Assembly (NCBI RefSeq): GCF_009914755.1
Contig: NC_060936.1
Source of the DNA: the human T2T-CHM13v2.0 reference genome, Homo sapiens
Length of the DNA: 64,000 nucleotides
Direction: 5' to 3' (one strand)
Each line of letters opens with the position of its first letter. Position 1 is the first letter of the stretch. The notes beneath the pieces were generated by a model. It was given only the letters and a program-made list of their open reading frames with translations, made no database searches and was not told the DNA's origin. This document shows, piece by piece, positions 1 through 15,420 of the stretch. A program made the translations under genes and the position numbers.

Positions 1-94
1 CTTTAAGAATTTTTTCTTGCTCTTCCCCTTTATTAGAATGTTTGATCAGATGCAGTTTGGGCTTTATGTCTTACAGGATTATATATATGTAAAT

Positions 95-390
95 ATAGGC
101 TCTTGCTCTGTCAGCCAGGCTGGAGTGTGGTGTCCTGATCATGGCTTCCAGCATCCTTGAACTCCTATGCTCTGAGGATTCCCCCCACTTCAACCACTTG
201 AGTTGCTTGAATTACAGGTTCATGACACCCACCATGCCCGTTTATTATTTTTTAATTTATTTAAAAATTTTTTGAAGAGATGGATCCACAATTTGTTGCT
301 CAGGCTGGTCTTAAACTCCTGGCCTCAAGGGATCCATCCAACTCACCCTCCCAAAGTCCTGGGATAACAGGCATGAGTCGCCACATTCAG
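95..390 (-). mobile_element. Alu (old, AluJ-like)
   Basis: Diverged dimeric Alu in reverse orientation. Confidence 0.85.
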
Positions 391-1138
391 TTGTTCTTCT
401 AGGAAAAATTTTTAATCACTCCCACTTATAATGAGTGACCACAATTATATATTCCAATGAGATAGTCAGGAACCCACATAAAAGCCTCAAGGGTATTGCA
501 CTGATCTATTTCTTAGTACATGTGCTGTCTCCCAGATTGTTCTTCCACACAGAAATTTTTTTTATTTTTGCATTATTCTGAAAGTATTTTCTCCCCACTC
601 TCTTTCTAAAATGTATTTGTTGACATTTCCTGTTCTAAATAATCTTCCCTGTGTTTATTTTTCATCTTATATCTGGCTTCTTCTTAAATAAATTTTTGGA
701 ATTTTTTTAAATCAAATGTACTAAGTAAGAATCTATAATTCTTCTTACTCCTTTCATTTTATGTTTGTTTTTAAAATTTAGATCAATATACTGTATTTCC
801 AAAGTCTTTTTACTGAGTTTGTGTTGGTAGCTCTCTTTTCGTCTGCTGACTTCTCTGTTATATCAAGTAGTTCCTGCCCATCATTTCATCTTTTTATGGA
901 AAGTACAGGTTAGTCAGTATTAACAGCTGCCACTTATCATTTCAGGCCTCGAATACTCCTGAGACATCATTCAGTTTTTGCTCAAGGATAGTGATAACTT
1001 CAGGATGCCTCATTAGAGGTATTGTGTGTGGGGCTGCCACTGGAAATCCTAAACACAGGCCACTTGATCATTTCAATGAGAGGATCCTGTGTTGTACACA
1101 TTAGAATCTGATCCTGCTCTTCCAGATGGGTTTGAAAT

Positions 1139-1397
1139 ACAAGGGATTTCAAAAGGTTTGTGGAAGAATGCAATTACAATATGAAATTAGACATTATATA
1201 AACTTTATTTCTTAACATAACCTCCACCGCATTCAAGAAGGTTTGCAAGTAATGACACAAATAATTTAGCCTATCTATAAACAATTGAGGGTCCTGAGAA
1301 TTTCACCATATAAATACAGTCTTTTCACATTACTAACTGAAGAAAACAGCATACACATTAAAGTATTTTTATCTTAGAAAAAAAAAGAAGTCTGAGG
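1139..1397 (-). mobile_element. HSMAR2 mariner DNA transposon, 3' fragment with terminal inverted repeat
   Basis: Resembles the reverse complement of the HSMAR2 3' end (...aactttatttcttaacataa...gagggtcctgagaattt...aaaaagaagtc) after a TA. Confidence 0.75.
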
Positions 1398-1633
1398 AAC
1401 AGCTCCAGTCTACAGCTCCCAGCATAAGCAATGCAAGAGATGAATGATTTCTGCATTTCCAACAGAGGTACTGGTTCATCTCACTGGGGATTGTCGGACA
1501 GTGGGTGCAGTGCACCAAGCATGAGCCGAAGCAGGGTGAGGCATCGCCTCACCCGGGAAGTGCAAGGGGTCAGGGAATTCCCTTTCCTAGCCAAGGAAAG
1601 GGGTGACAGATGGCACCTGGAAAATCGGGTCAC

Positions 1634-1807
1634 TCACACCCTAATACTGTGATTTTCTGATGGTCTTAGCAAATGGCACATCAGGAGATTATATCCCGTG
1701 CATGGCTCGGAGGGTCCTACACCCAAGGAGCCTCGCTTATTGCTAGCACAGCAGTCTGAGTTCAAACTGCAAGATGGCAGTGAGGCTGGGGGAGGGGCAC
1801 CCACCAT
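1634..1807 (-). CDS. L1 antisense ORF0 homolog, truncated to 57 aa
   Basis: MVGAPPPASLPSCSLNSDCCASN... matches primate L1 ORF0 (normally 71 aa); premature TGA. Confidence 0.75.
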   Translation of the reverse strand: MVGAPPPASLPSCSLNSDCCASNKRGSLGVGPSEPCTGYNLLMCHLLRPSENHSIRV

Positions 1808-2381
1808 TGCTGAGGCTTGAGCTGGTAAACAAAGCAGCTGGGAAGCTCGAACTGGGTGGAGCCCACTGCAGCTCAAGGGGGCCTGCCTGCCTCTGTAGAC
1901 TCCACCTCTGGGGGCAGGGCATAGCCAAACAAAAGGTAGCAGAAACCTCTGCAGACTTAAATGGCCCTGTCTGACAGATTGGAAGACAGTAGTGGTTCTC
2001 CCAGCACACAGCTTGAGATCTGAGAATGGAGAGTCTGCCTCCTCAAGTGGGTCCCTGACCTCTGAGTAGTCTAATTAGGAGGGACCCCCCAGTAGGGGCA
2101 GACTGACACCACACATGGCCGGGTACCCCTCTGAAACAAAACTTGCAGAGGAAGGATCAGGCAGCAACATTTCCTGTCCATAAATATTCACTATTCTGCA
2201 GCCTCCACAGCTGATACCCAGGCAAACAGGGTCTGGAGTGGACCTCCAGCAAACTCCAACAGACCTGCAGCTGAGGGTCCTGACTGTTAGAAGGAAAACT
2301 AACAAACAGAAAGGACATCCACACCAAAACCCATCTGTACGTCACCATCATCAAAGACCAAAGGTAGATAAAACCACAAAG

Positions 2382-3394
2382 ATGGGGAAAAAACAGAGCA
2401 GAAAAACTGAAAATTCTAAAAATCAGAGTGCATCTCCTCTTCTAAAGAATGCAGTGCCTCACCAGCAACAGAACAAAGCTCAATGGAGAATGACTTTGAC
2501 GAGATGAGAGAAGAAGGCTTCAGACGATCAAACTACTTGGAGCTAAAGGAGGAAGTTCGAACCCATGGCAAAGGAGTTAAAAACCTTGAAAAAAGATTAG
2601 ATGAATGGCTAACTAGAATAACCAATGCACAGAAGTCCTTAAAGGACCCGATGGAGCTGAAAACCACGGCACAAGAACTACATGATGAAAGCACAAGCCC
2701 AGTAGCTGATTCAATCAACTGGAAGAAAGGGTATCAGTGATGGAAGATCAAATGAATGAAATGAAGCAAAAAGAGAAGTTTAGAGAGAAAAGAATAAAAA
2801 GAAATGAACAAAGCCTCCAAGAAATATGGGACTATGTGAAAAGACCAAATCTACATCTGATTGGTATACCTGAAAGTGAAGGGGAGAATGGAACCAAGTT
2901 GGAGAACACTCTGCAGGATATTATCCAGGAGAACTTCCCCAATCTAGCAAGGCAGGCCAACATTCAAATTCAGGAAATACAGAGAATGCCACAAAGATAT
3001 TCCTGGAGAAGAGCAACTCCAACACACATAATTGTTAGATTCACCAAAGTTGAAATGAAGGAGAAAATGTTAAGCACAGCCAGAGAGAAAGGTCTGGTTA
3101 CCCACAAAGGGAAGCCCATCACACTAACAGCTGATCTCTCAGCAGAAACTCTATAAGCCAGAAGAGAGTGGAGACCAATATTCAACATTCTTAAAGACAA
3201 GAATTTTCAACCAGAATTTCATATCCAGCCAAACTAAGCTTCATAAGTGAAGGAGAAATAAAATACTTTACAGACAAGCAAATGCTGAGGATTTTGTCAC
3301 CACCAGGCCTGCCCTAAAAGAGCTCCTGAAGGAAGCATTAAACATTGAAAGGAACAACCGGTACCAGCCACTGTAAAAACATGCCAAATTGTAA
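2382..3394 (+). pseudogene. L1 ORF1p, disrupted
   Basis: Starts MGKKQSRK; split across three frames in the ORF track and has internal stops. Confidence 0.93.
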
Positions 3395-3457
3395 AGACCA
3401 CTGAGGCTAGGAAGAAACTGCATCAACTAACAAGCAAAATAACCAGCTAACATCATA

Positions 3458-7116
<3,659 letters not shown>

Positions 7117-7511
7117 ACAATGAGAACACATGGACACAGGAAGGGGAACATCACACACCAGGGCATGTTGTGGGGTGGGGGTAGGGGGGAGGGATAGCAT
7201 TGGGAGATATACCTAATGCTAAATGATGAGTTAATGGGTGCAGCACACCAACATGGCACATGTATCCATATGTAACTAAACTGCACATTGTGCACATGTA
7301 CCCTAAAAAAGTATAATAAGAAAAAAAGAAAAAAGTATCACTTTGTATATATTTTTATTTATCATTTTCTGTCTTTTAGTCATAATATTTTTTTAAAAAT
7401 TTTATTAGTAAGTGCCTGCCAGTCTGTTGTGTATACTGGTGCACATTTAATATGAAAGTTTAATTCACGACATTTTGAAGTTGAAATGCAAAGTCTTCTT
7501 AAACTTCCATC

Positions 7512-7721
7512 TGGCTGGGTGCCATGGCTCATGCCTGTAATTCCAACACTTTGGGAGGCTGAGGCAGTTGGATCACTTGAAGTCAAGAGTTCAAGACCAG
7601 GCTGGCCTTAGCCTTGCTTTCTGTACAGTCTGCAGAACTGCAAGTAAATTAAATCTCTTTCATTTATAAATTACCCAGTGTCAGGTAGTTATTTACAGCA
7701 ATGCGAGAACAGACTAATACA
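7512..7721 (+). mobile_element. Alu left-arm fragment (7512-7607) fused to an MST/MaLR LTR 3' end (7608-7721)
   Basis: The Alu stops at ...gaccaggctggcc and is followed directly by a MaLR terminus (...aattacccagtgtcaggtag...agactaataca). Confidence 0.8.
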
Positions 7722-8609
7722 GATCTGCAGAAATATTCCATTAGGAAAAATACTCAATAGTATATAAACAAGTCAACATTGTGATTAAAAAAAAAAATAC
7801 ACCATGTTGAAAGAATATGTCAAGGATGGTTCAGTAAGGAATTTGGACACACCCTATCAATGGCCTCAGAAACTTCACTAAGTTCAAAGAAATCAGGAAA
7901 GAAGGATCTCACCATAACTACCACCACATTGACCAACCCACACAGAACTCAAACCTACATATTCTCTGGCTTCTCTCATGATGGTAAGTGAAGTTCCTTG
8001 GCCCTATCTTTTACCTTCATGCTAGATTCCATACCGTATTACCTAATCAAGGATTTTGCTTCCGTAATTATGTTCCATTTCTCCCTGCATCTTCAATTTG
8101 TTCTTCTTTATGACAAATGTGCTGTAATATCTCCCATTTTTACAAAGCTCTCTCTACATATTTAATGCCTCTCCATTTACCACACAATTTGTCTGACATC
8201 TTTATTGCAAAAATCTTTGAAAAGAATGTTATAGTTATTGTTCGCCATGTTCTCACCTCCCATTTTCTCTTCCACACACTCTATAGGGGCTTTTGTACTC
8301 ACCACTTCCATCATTTTCATAATAATGAAATCCAAATCTGTTTCTAAAGCCAAGGTTCTGCATAATTGGTCCCCTGCCTATCTCCTATCTTTGAACTTAT
8401 TGACTTCTCTATAACTAATTTACTTCACTAATTTAGCCACACTGGCCTCTTAACACTATGCCAATATACCAAGCTTGCTTATATCTTTATCAAGCATGTT
8501 TTGTCCCTTTATTCAAATCTGTTCAAATGTCACCATTTTGAAGCCTTCTTTGAATACACAAAAATCCTCAATCCCCTTAACTTGCTTATTTTTGTATCAA
8601 AATTGTTGT

Positions 8610-8925
8610 CATTAGGAGACAGCTGATACCCAAGATTCCTTCCTCCTGATATTCACATGCTTGTGTGGTTCCCACCTTAATATATCAGGATTGGTCTGTG
8701 TGACCCATAGAATATGAGGAAAGTGTTAGTATATATTAATACCCCTGAGATCATGTTATAAAAGAAACTGTGGCTTCATTTTTTTTTTTTTTTGGCAACT
8801 TCACTCTGTCTGTCTCTTTGTCTCACTGTCTTGATCTCTCTCTTTCTCTCTTTCCCTTTCTCACATCTTTTACTTTGGGAAAGACCAGCAGCCATGTCCA
8901 ATAGCTTTATGGAGAGGCCATCCTT
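8610..8925 (+). mobile_element. MLT1-family MaLR LTR fragment
   Basis: gtgacccatagaatatg...aaagaaactgtggcttc...cagccatgtc motifs. Confidence 0.55.
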
Positions 8926-10934
8926 TCCAAGTGAATCTCTAGGCGTCTCCTTCATTTGACTTCACAGTGAAGCAAGCACCTAGAGGGGATGAGAAGGAAA
9001 AGTTTCCCACCCTCAATCTCTCAGTCCCCACTTGATCTCTATAACAATTTCACTCTGCCCAAATTGTGTCTAATGTGGACACAGTGGGGTGAATGATAGG
9101 GATGCATTGGCTTCCTTCTAGTAGGCCCTGCTAGGAAGTGAGGTGTCAGTTTCAAGTACTGATGACTTTTTGGTTGTGATTTCATTTTTAGAATGAGGAA
9201 ATATTATTTGCCTTTTGTTCACCAATATCATCACTACCCTGTACCTATTAATTACGCTTATATTTCCTTCCTTACAAAACCTTTTGTTTTTCCTGGAGTT
9301 AATAATTACCTCCTTTTTCTCACTTATTTGGTTTTCTTTAAACATCTAAGTCTTCCTGACACTTCCAACGGACTTGTAAAATCCCTCTTCATACAATTTT
9401 CCTCACTGACACTTCTCAGATAATTTGCCTTTGTCCTGGAAATTTTATTTTCTTCTCTCAAATAGGGTGATGCATATCCTGAGTTAATGCCTCCCTCTTT
9501 CTCAGCCTTCTTCTTTGGTGAAACCCATTCTTCCATAGCTTGTTGCAAATGAGCCACATGAGAGGGGAAACATTTCAAGATCATTCATGTCTAAGAATGT
9601 GCTTAGTCTGGCCTCACACTTGACTGATAATCTGGCCAAATATAGGACACTAGGTTGAAAATGACTTTTGCTCAGAATCTTTCTGACACCATCTTCTAAC
9701 TTTTACCCTTCCATTTTCACTCTAATTCTCAATCCTTAGTGTAAAACTGTTTTTTTCCTCCACTGGAATCTTGAGGATCATCCTTTTATCCCTAAAATTT
9801 AATTAGATTTAAGTTGATATGGATCTCTTTCCATTTATTGTGCTGGGCACTCAGTATTCTATTCCGGGTGTTGCAGGGGCTGTGCTGGGCCCTACATTTT
9901 AGATTGGTCTCCACACACCCCAAAACCAAACGCATGGTTTAATTCCTTTCACTCTCCTTGGAAAATATTTTAAAAGTCCAGCAAATAAATAAAAAACAGG
10001 AATTGTGGGAGAGGGGCACAGGCAGAACTGTGGTCCTCAAGTCCTGAGGATGCAGAATTGAGAAGGTACAATGAGAATAAATTCACAGCTTCTGCTCTGG
10101 GACACCAGAGAAAAAAATGAATGCTTTTGCTTAATGTTTTTCAGCTTAAAAAGACCAAAGAGCACATCTGGGCAGACAGGTTCACCCACTCTCCCTCCAT
10201 AAATGCACTCTCTACTACTCCTGTGGTCAGTAATATCATTTGGGGAGCTGCTTAGAACCTCCTGGGAAACCCAAATCAGAAGTGAGGCAGGGCAGAGAGC
10301 ATCGCTTGCCTAGCAGGCTCCCACAAAAGCTTGGCCAGGTCAATGCTTGGCCCCCACCCAGCTTCCACCCTGCTGCTCCAGCAGACAGCCCTACCCCTCT
10401 CCATCCTCCCACCTCCCAGCTTGCAGTCAGGGTTAATGCAGGGAAACACATGTTCCTTTAGCCTCCTGGCTAGTTGAGAAAGGCAGTTTCCAAGAGACAG
10501 ACTGCAGGACTTATGTGGAACCTGACATGAATCTAGGGTCTAGACACTTTATAACTTATAGAGTAGGGGCTATAAAGTAGGTGGGGCTCCATTTGTATTC
10601 CTGCACTGGGCACTGCAAATGGTTAAGTGTGGGCCTGCGGATCAACATTGGGCCCTTTCAATATGGAGAATACACCTTAAGTTCTGGGAAATCTAGTGTT
10701 TCATTGACTATTTCTTTCCCATATAGTCTCTGTTTTCTTTGTCTAATGTTGGTTGAATTTTTTTTTCTCACCCATGGATCATCTCTTTTCATTCTATCTT
10801 ATGGGAGAGTTCCTTAACTTTATCTTCTACTGCGCTTATCATCAACTGAATTTATAATTGCCAATATTTCTTTTTGTTTTCCAGTCATTCCTTTATTTAA
10901 TAACATCCTATTCTTGTTTCAAAAATGCAGTGTC

Positions 10935-11238
<304 letters not shown>

Positions 11239-13009
11239 CTATTCTTATTTCTTGAAACATATTACCATTTCTGAAAGGTTTATCCTGCTTTTTATCTTGT
11301 TTCTGTCTCCTTCCAATTCCTCTTTTTCTGTTTCTTTGAGTCTTATTTGATGGAGATTTTCTTCAAATAGCTGATGAACTTTTTTTCTATTCATACATTA
11401 GAGTTAGACGCTAAGATTATCAGAAAACTCTATGTGCATTGCAAGAATTATGTAGAATCAGGTCCTCACAGGAGGGAGGCTGGATGCCCTGGTATTTTGT
11501 GTAGACCTACAGCTGCTTTCTCTGAGAAAGTGCTGATCCTTTCGAAGAATCCTCCTGTCTCCTAACCTGCAAACATCATCCTCACTGCCAGGACCTTGAA
11601 GCTGGCCAGGATATGAGGTTGGATATCCTCCATTTATTTAACGGGCTTTCACTTGATTGGCTTGTTTTCAGAGTAGAATTTCACTCATGCCCTCTTTAGT
11701 AACGCCAAGTTGTCCCCAAGTCCATTGCCTCTCTGGTTCAGTTTTTCTAAATAAACCTACTCCCTCTTGCTGGAACAAAGGGGGATGTGAACCCCAACAG
11801 TTTCCTGCCACCTGTCTCACCATCACCTTCCCTCCTACAACATAATCCTCAGAGGTCCTGCTGTCCGCAGCCCTGCAGTCTTACAAGGGTGCTATGAGAC
11901 CAATTAACATACATTTATTTGGTGCCACTTTCCAATAACAAGAACTTCACAGGTGCTTGAATACAACCCTCTTCCTTTCCACTATGCCAGGAACTATGGC
12001 TCTGCCTGTACTTAGTCTTCATATATTGTTGCTTATATTTGCCCTATAAGATTTATCAAAGATGAAATTTGCTTTCTTGTTTCCTGATATTATTGTGTGG
12101 GGATGGTCTTTGAGAAGAAAGAGTTAAGAAATGCCTTTACTACTGAAACTATGTCACCCTCAGTTATAATTTAGGAAAGCAATTTGCCAATATGCTAAGG
12201 AATCTAACAAAAAGTCTGACAGAAGCTTATAAAACAAGTCTTCTGTTTCCATCATTCCACTTAAACAGCTGACATCACGGTACCAGTGACCTCCAGCTTG
12301 CTAAAATCAATGGACTTTTTCAGTCTTCATCTTAACTTTCTCAGCAGTGATGGGCATCGTTTGTAATCTGTCTTACTTAAAATATTCTCTTCCTTTGATT
12401 CCATGATACTTATATGCATTTGTTTTACGTTGAACTCTCTGGTTGCTCCACTCATTACTTCTTTCATTTATCAAATATATATTGAGTGCCTTCTGTATGC
12501 CAGGAATTTTGCTAGGAGTTTAGAATGCAATGATGAATACAAAATCATGGTCCCCACCATTCAGGAGCTGACACCTTGTGTGTCCTTTGCAGATGCATCT
12601 GTTTCCATCTAGCTGTGAAATTATGAAATTCCTCTATTTTTTGTCTCTTGCCTCTTGTCACTATATATAATATCATCTCCCTAGAAAAAGTCATCCTTGC
12701 CAACAGCTTTAATTATTATCTATGTACCAAAGGCACAAAGTTAAATCTCTTGCCAAGACTCCTACTCTGAGCTTCACGCCTTTATCTATTTGACATCCCC
12801 ATTTGAATATTTTAAAGTTGCCACTCAGTATTTCCAAAACAAAACTAGATCTGGTAATCCCAACTCTAGTGAACATTGTCCAACCATTCATGCAACATAA
12901 AATCTATAGCTTTGACTGTGTCTCATTCCACATAAAAAGTCTACCACCAGTTTCTCTCTCCTGTTCTAATTTTCTAAATATGTCTCATCTCCATCCACTT
13001 GTCTCTATC

Positions 13010-13198
13010 TCTACTGTCCGATATGGTAGCTGCAAGTCACATGTAGCTGCTTACATTTAATTAATTAAAATTAAAAATGTTAAAAATATAAAATATAAAT
13101 AAAATATAAAATTTTACATTTAAAAGCAGCCATATCTGTGGAATAGTAGATATACAACACATGTATCATCACAGAAATTTATATTAGATAGCACTGCC
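13010..13198. mobile_element. MER3/MER33-type hAT-Charlie fragment
   Basis: ctgtccgatatggtagc...cacatgtagct and ...atcacagaaatttatattagatagcactg ends. Confidence 0.55.
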
Positions 13199-14814
13199 TT
13201 AGACTTTAAGCTAAAATGATGGTTATAAGATACATAACTTATATAAAAGATGTCATATATATATGTAATGTGAAACCTACAGTATCAGTAAAAAAATAAA
13301 TAACTGTACAAACGCACTCAAAAATACTACATATAAGCCAAAATGGAATTCAAAACAAAATATTCAAGTAACACACAGGAAGGTAGCACATAGAAAACAG
13401 AGAAAAAACACAAGATAAGCACAAAACCTAGAGTAAAATGACAGACTTATTACTCAATATATTAATAATTATGTTAAATGTAAGTGATGTAAACTAAATG
13501 CTTGAAAATTAAGAGGTTTTGGGATTACAGAAACAGACTAGCCTGTACCATTATCAAAATTTACTCAATAATTTATATTGGTATATAAACTATACAAATT
13601 TTATATTAAATATTATTAATATTTTATACAAATACTGTGTAAAACATTTGCATATCATAAAAACCCATGCAAAGCTCTCAGCTCTGTCCCTGCCTGGCAC
13701 AGAGTAGCCTTCAATGAGAGCTACTATTGTGAGGACAGCCACTGGGTGGGACTCCTTGTCACTTGCTTGCTCCAGGTGTCAACTTCCCACACCAGTGCCT
13801 CAGAGTTTTGCCCCTCCTTATACCTGCACTATTCCTAAGTGGCCTCATCTAAGCCCATGGTTTCAACTATCACTTATACCAGGGTCAGCTACTTGCATGG
13901 CACAAGTGCCACAACTCTCCTGGTTAGGCACCCAAATCATTATTCCCTGGGCAGCTGCTTTTAATTGATCTGTTAGAACTTGAAATAAAACATCTTTTTA
14001 TCCTGAGTAGATACCAATGAGTGCCTATGATGAGTCCACTAGCCTTCTTCCCTGGGTACATGTGTAAGTTGTCCTAAGGGTCCATTACAAAACTCCATGC
14101 TGAAATCTTCTGAAAATTAAAAATAAAATGGGAAGAGGAAAAGAAAAACTAGTGACTAGTGGGAGAGAGATCGTATTTTAGTTTTAAAAGAGATCGGGGA
14201 GGGCTTGGAACTACTTTCTATTTAGAAGCCTGAGACAAGGGGCTTGATGGAACCAAGATAAAGAATCCCAAAATCTGATGTGCTCTGGTGCGAGTTCATC
14301 ATAAGAGTGAAGGACTTATTGCATATTATATAAAAACCACCAGTGAACATAGAATATTTCTACCTGAGACAAGCTAATAAATTAATAACTCTGAAAGTTA
14401 ATGATTGCAAACATTGGTGTATTTATTTGAGGATATATATTAAAGAACAAAAAAAAACTTTCAAATCGAATTGGTATAACTGCCTCATTTTCTAAGAGGA
14501 AGGTGGAGTTCATAAGTGACCACAATGAGAGACTACAATTAGAAAGCATTCCTCCCCACTCCCGAGTCCACATCCTACTCTAAAAATTCATCACTCCCAA
14601 TTTATAAATGCAGGCAAATTCAAACAAAATTTCTGCCATTTTAGTTTTTCATTTACATGTTCGCATATACATACTGCAAAGTATGAATATGTGCGATACC
14701 AACTCATACCCTTTTGCAAAAATCTAGTGTATAAACCTAAAAAAAAAAAAGCTGTGTCTACCCACTACTTGAACCAAACCAGTTCTAGAGGATTAAGATG
14801 TCTACCTTGTGTGT

Positions 14815-15260
14815 GCTATGAAGAATAATGGCCTCTCAAAGACACACAACTAATTCCCAGAACCACTGAATATGTTGAATTATATGGGAAGAGGAATTAC
14901 ATTTGCCAATCAACTGACTTTAACATAGAGAAATTATCCTGGATTATCCAGATGGACCCAATGTAATTAATTAAAAGGTCCTTAAATGTGGAAGATGGAG
15001 GCAGACGAGTCAGTACCAGACAATGTGATGTGACGGGAGGCTCATCTGGCCATTGCTGGAAAGAGGTCAAGGAATATGAATGAAAAAATGGAATTCTTCT
15101 CTAAAGCTTCTAGAATGCAGCTCAGCATTGATACAAGGATCTAATCCTGTGAGACTCATTTCAGACATGTGAACCACAAAACTAAGTTAATAAATTCGTG
15201 CTCATTTAAGCCACTAAGTTTGTGGTAATCTATTATCACAGCAATAGAAAAACTAACTTA
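14815..15260 (+). mobile_element. MLT1 (B-D type) MaLR solo LTR
   Basis: aataatggcc...attatcctggattatccagatggacccaatgtaat...tttaagccactaagtttgtggtaat...gcaatagaaaaactaa. Confidence 0.8.
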
Positions 15261-15414
15261 CTTCCCACAAACTCATTTCATGTTTTCCTGTGGCCCCTGT
15301 AAAGTATTGATGCCTGTTTATAAAGTATCAGAGAGAAATAAATTTATCATAGGTCTTAATACAATTAAGCAATTCTTCTCTCATAAAATAAGAACCACTC
15401 TCAAAATTCAATTA

Positions 15415-15420
15415 TTTATT
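15415..15420 (-). terminator. Polyadenylation signal of gene A
   Basis: AATAAA about 230 nt into a terminal exon that has a strong acceptor (ttttgttttcaaatttag), followed by T/GT-rich sequence. Confidence 0.65.
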
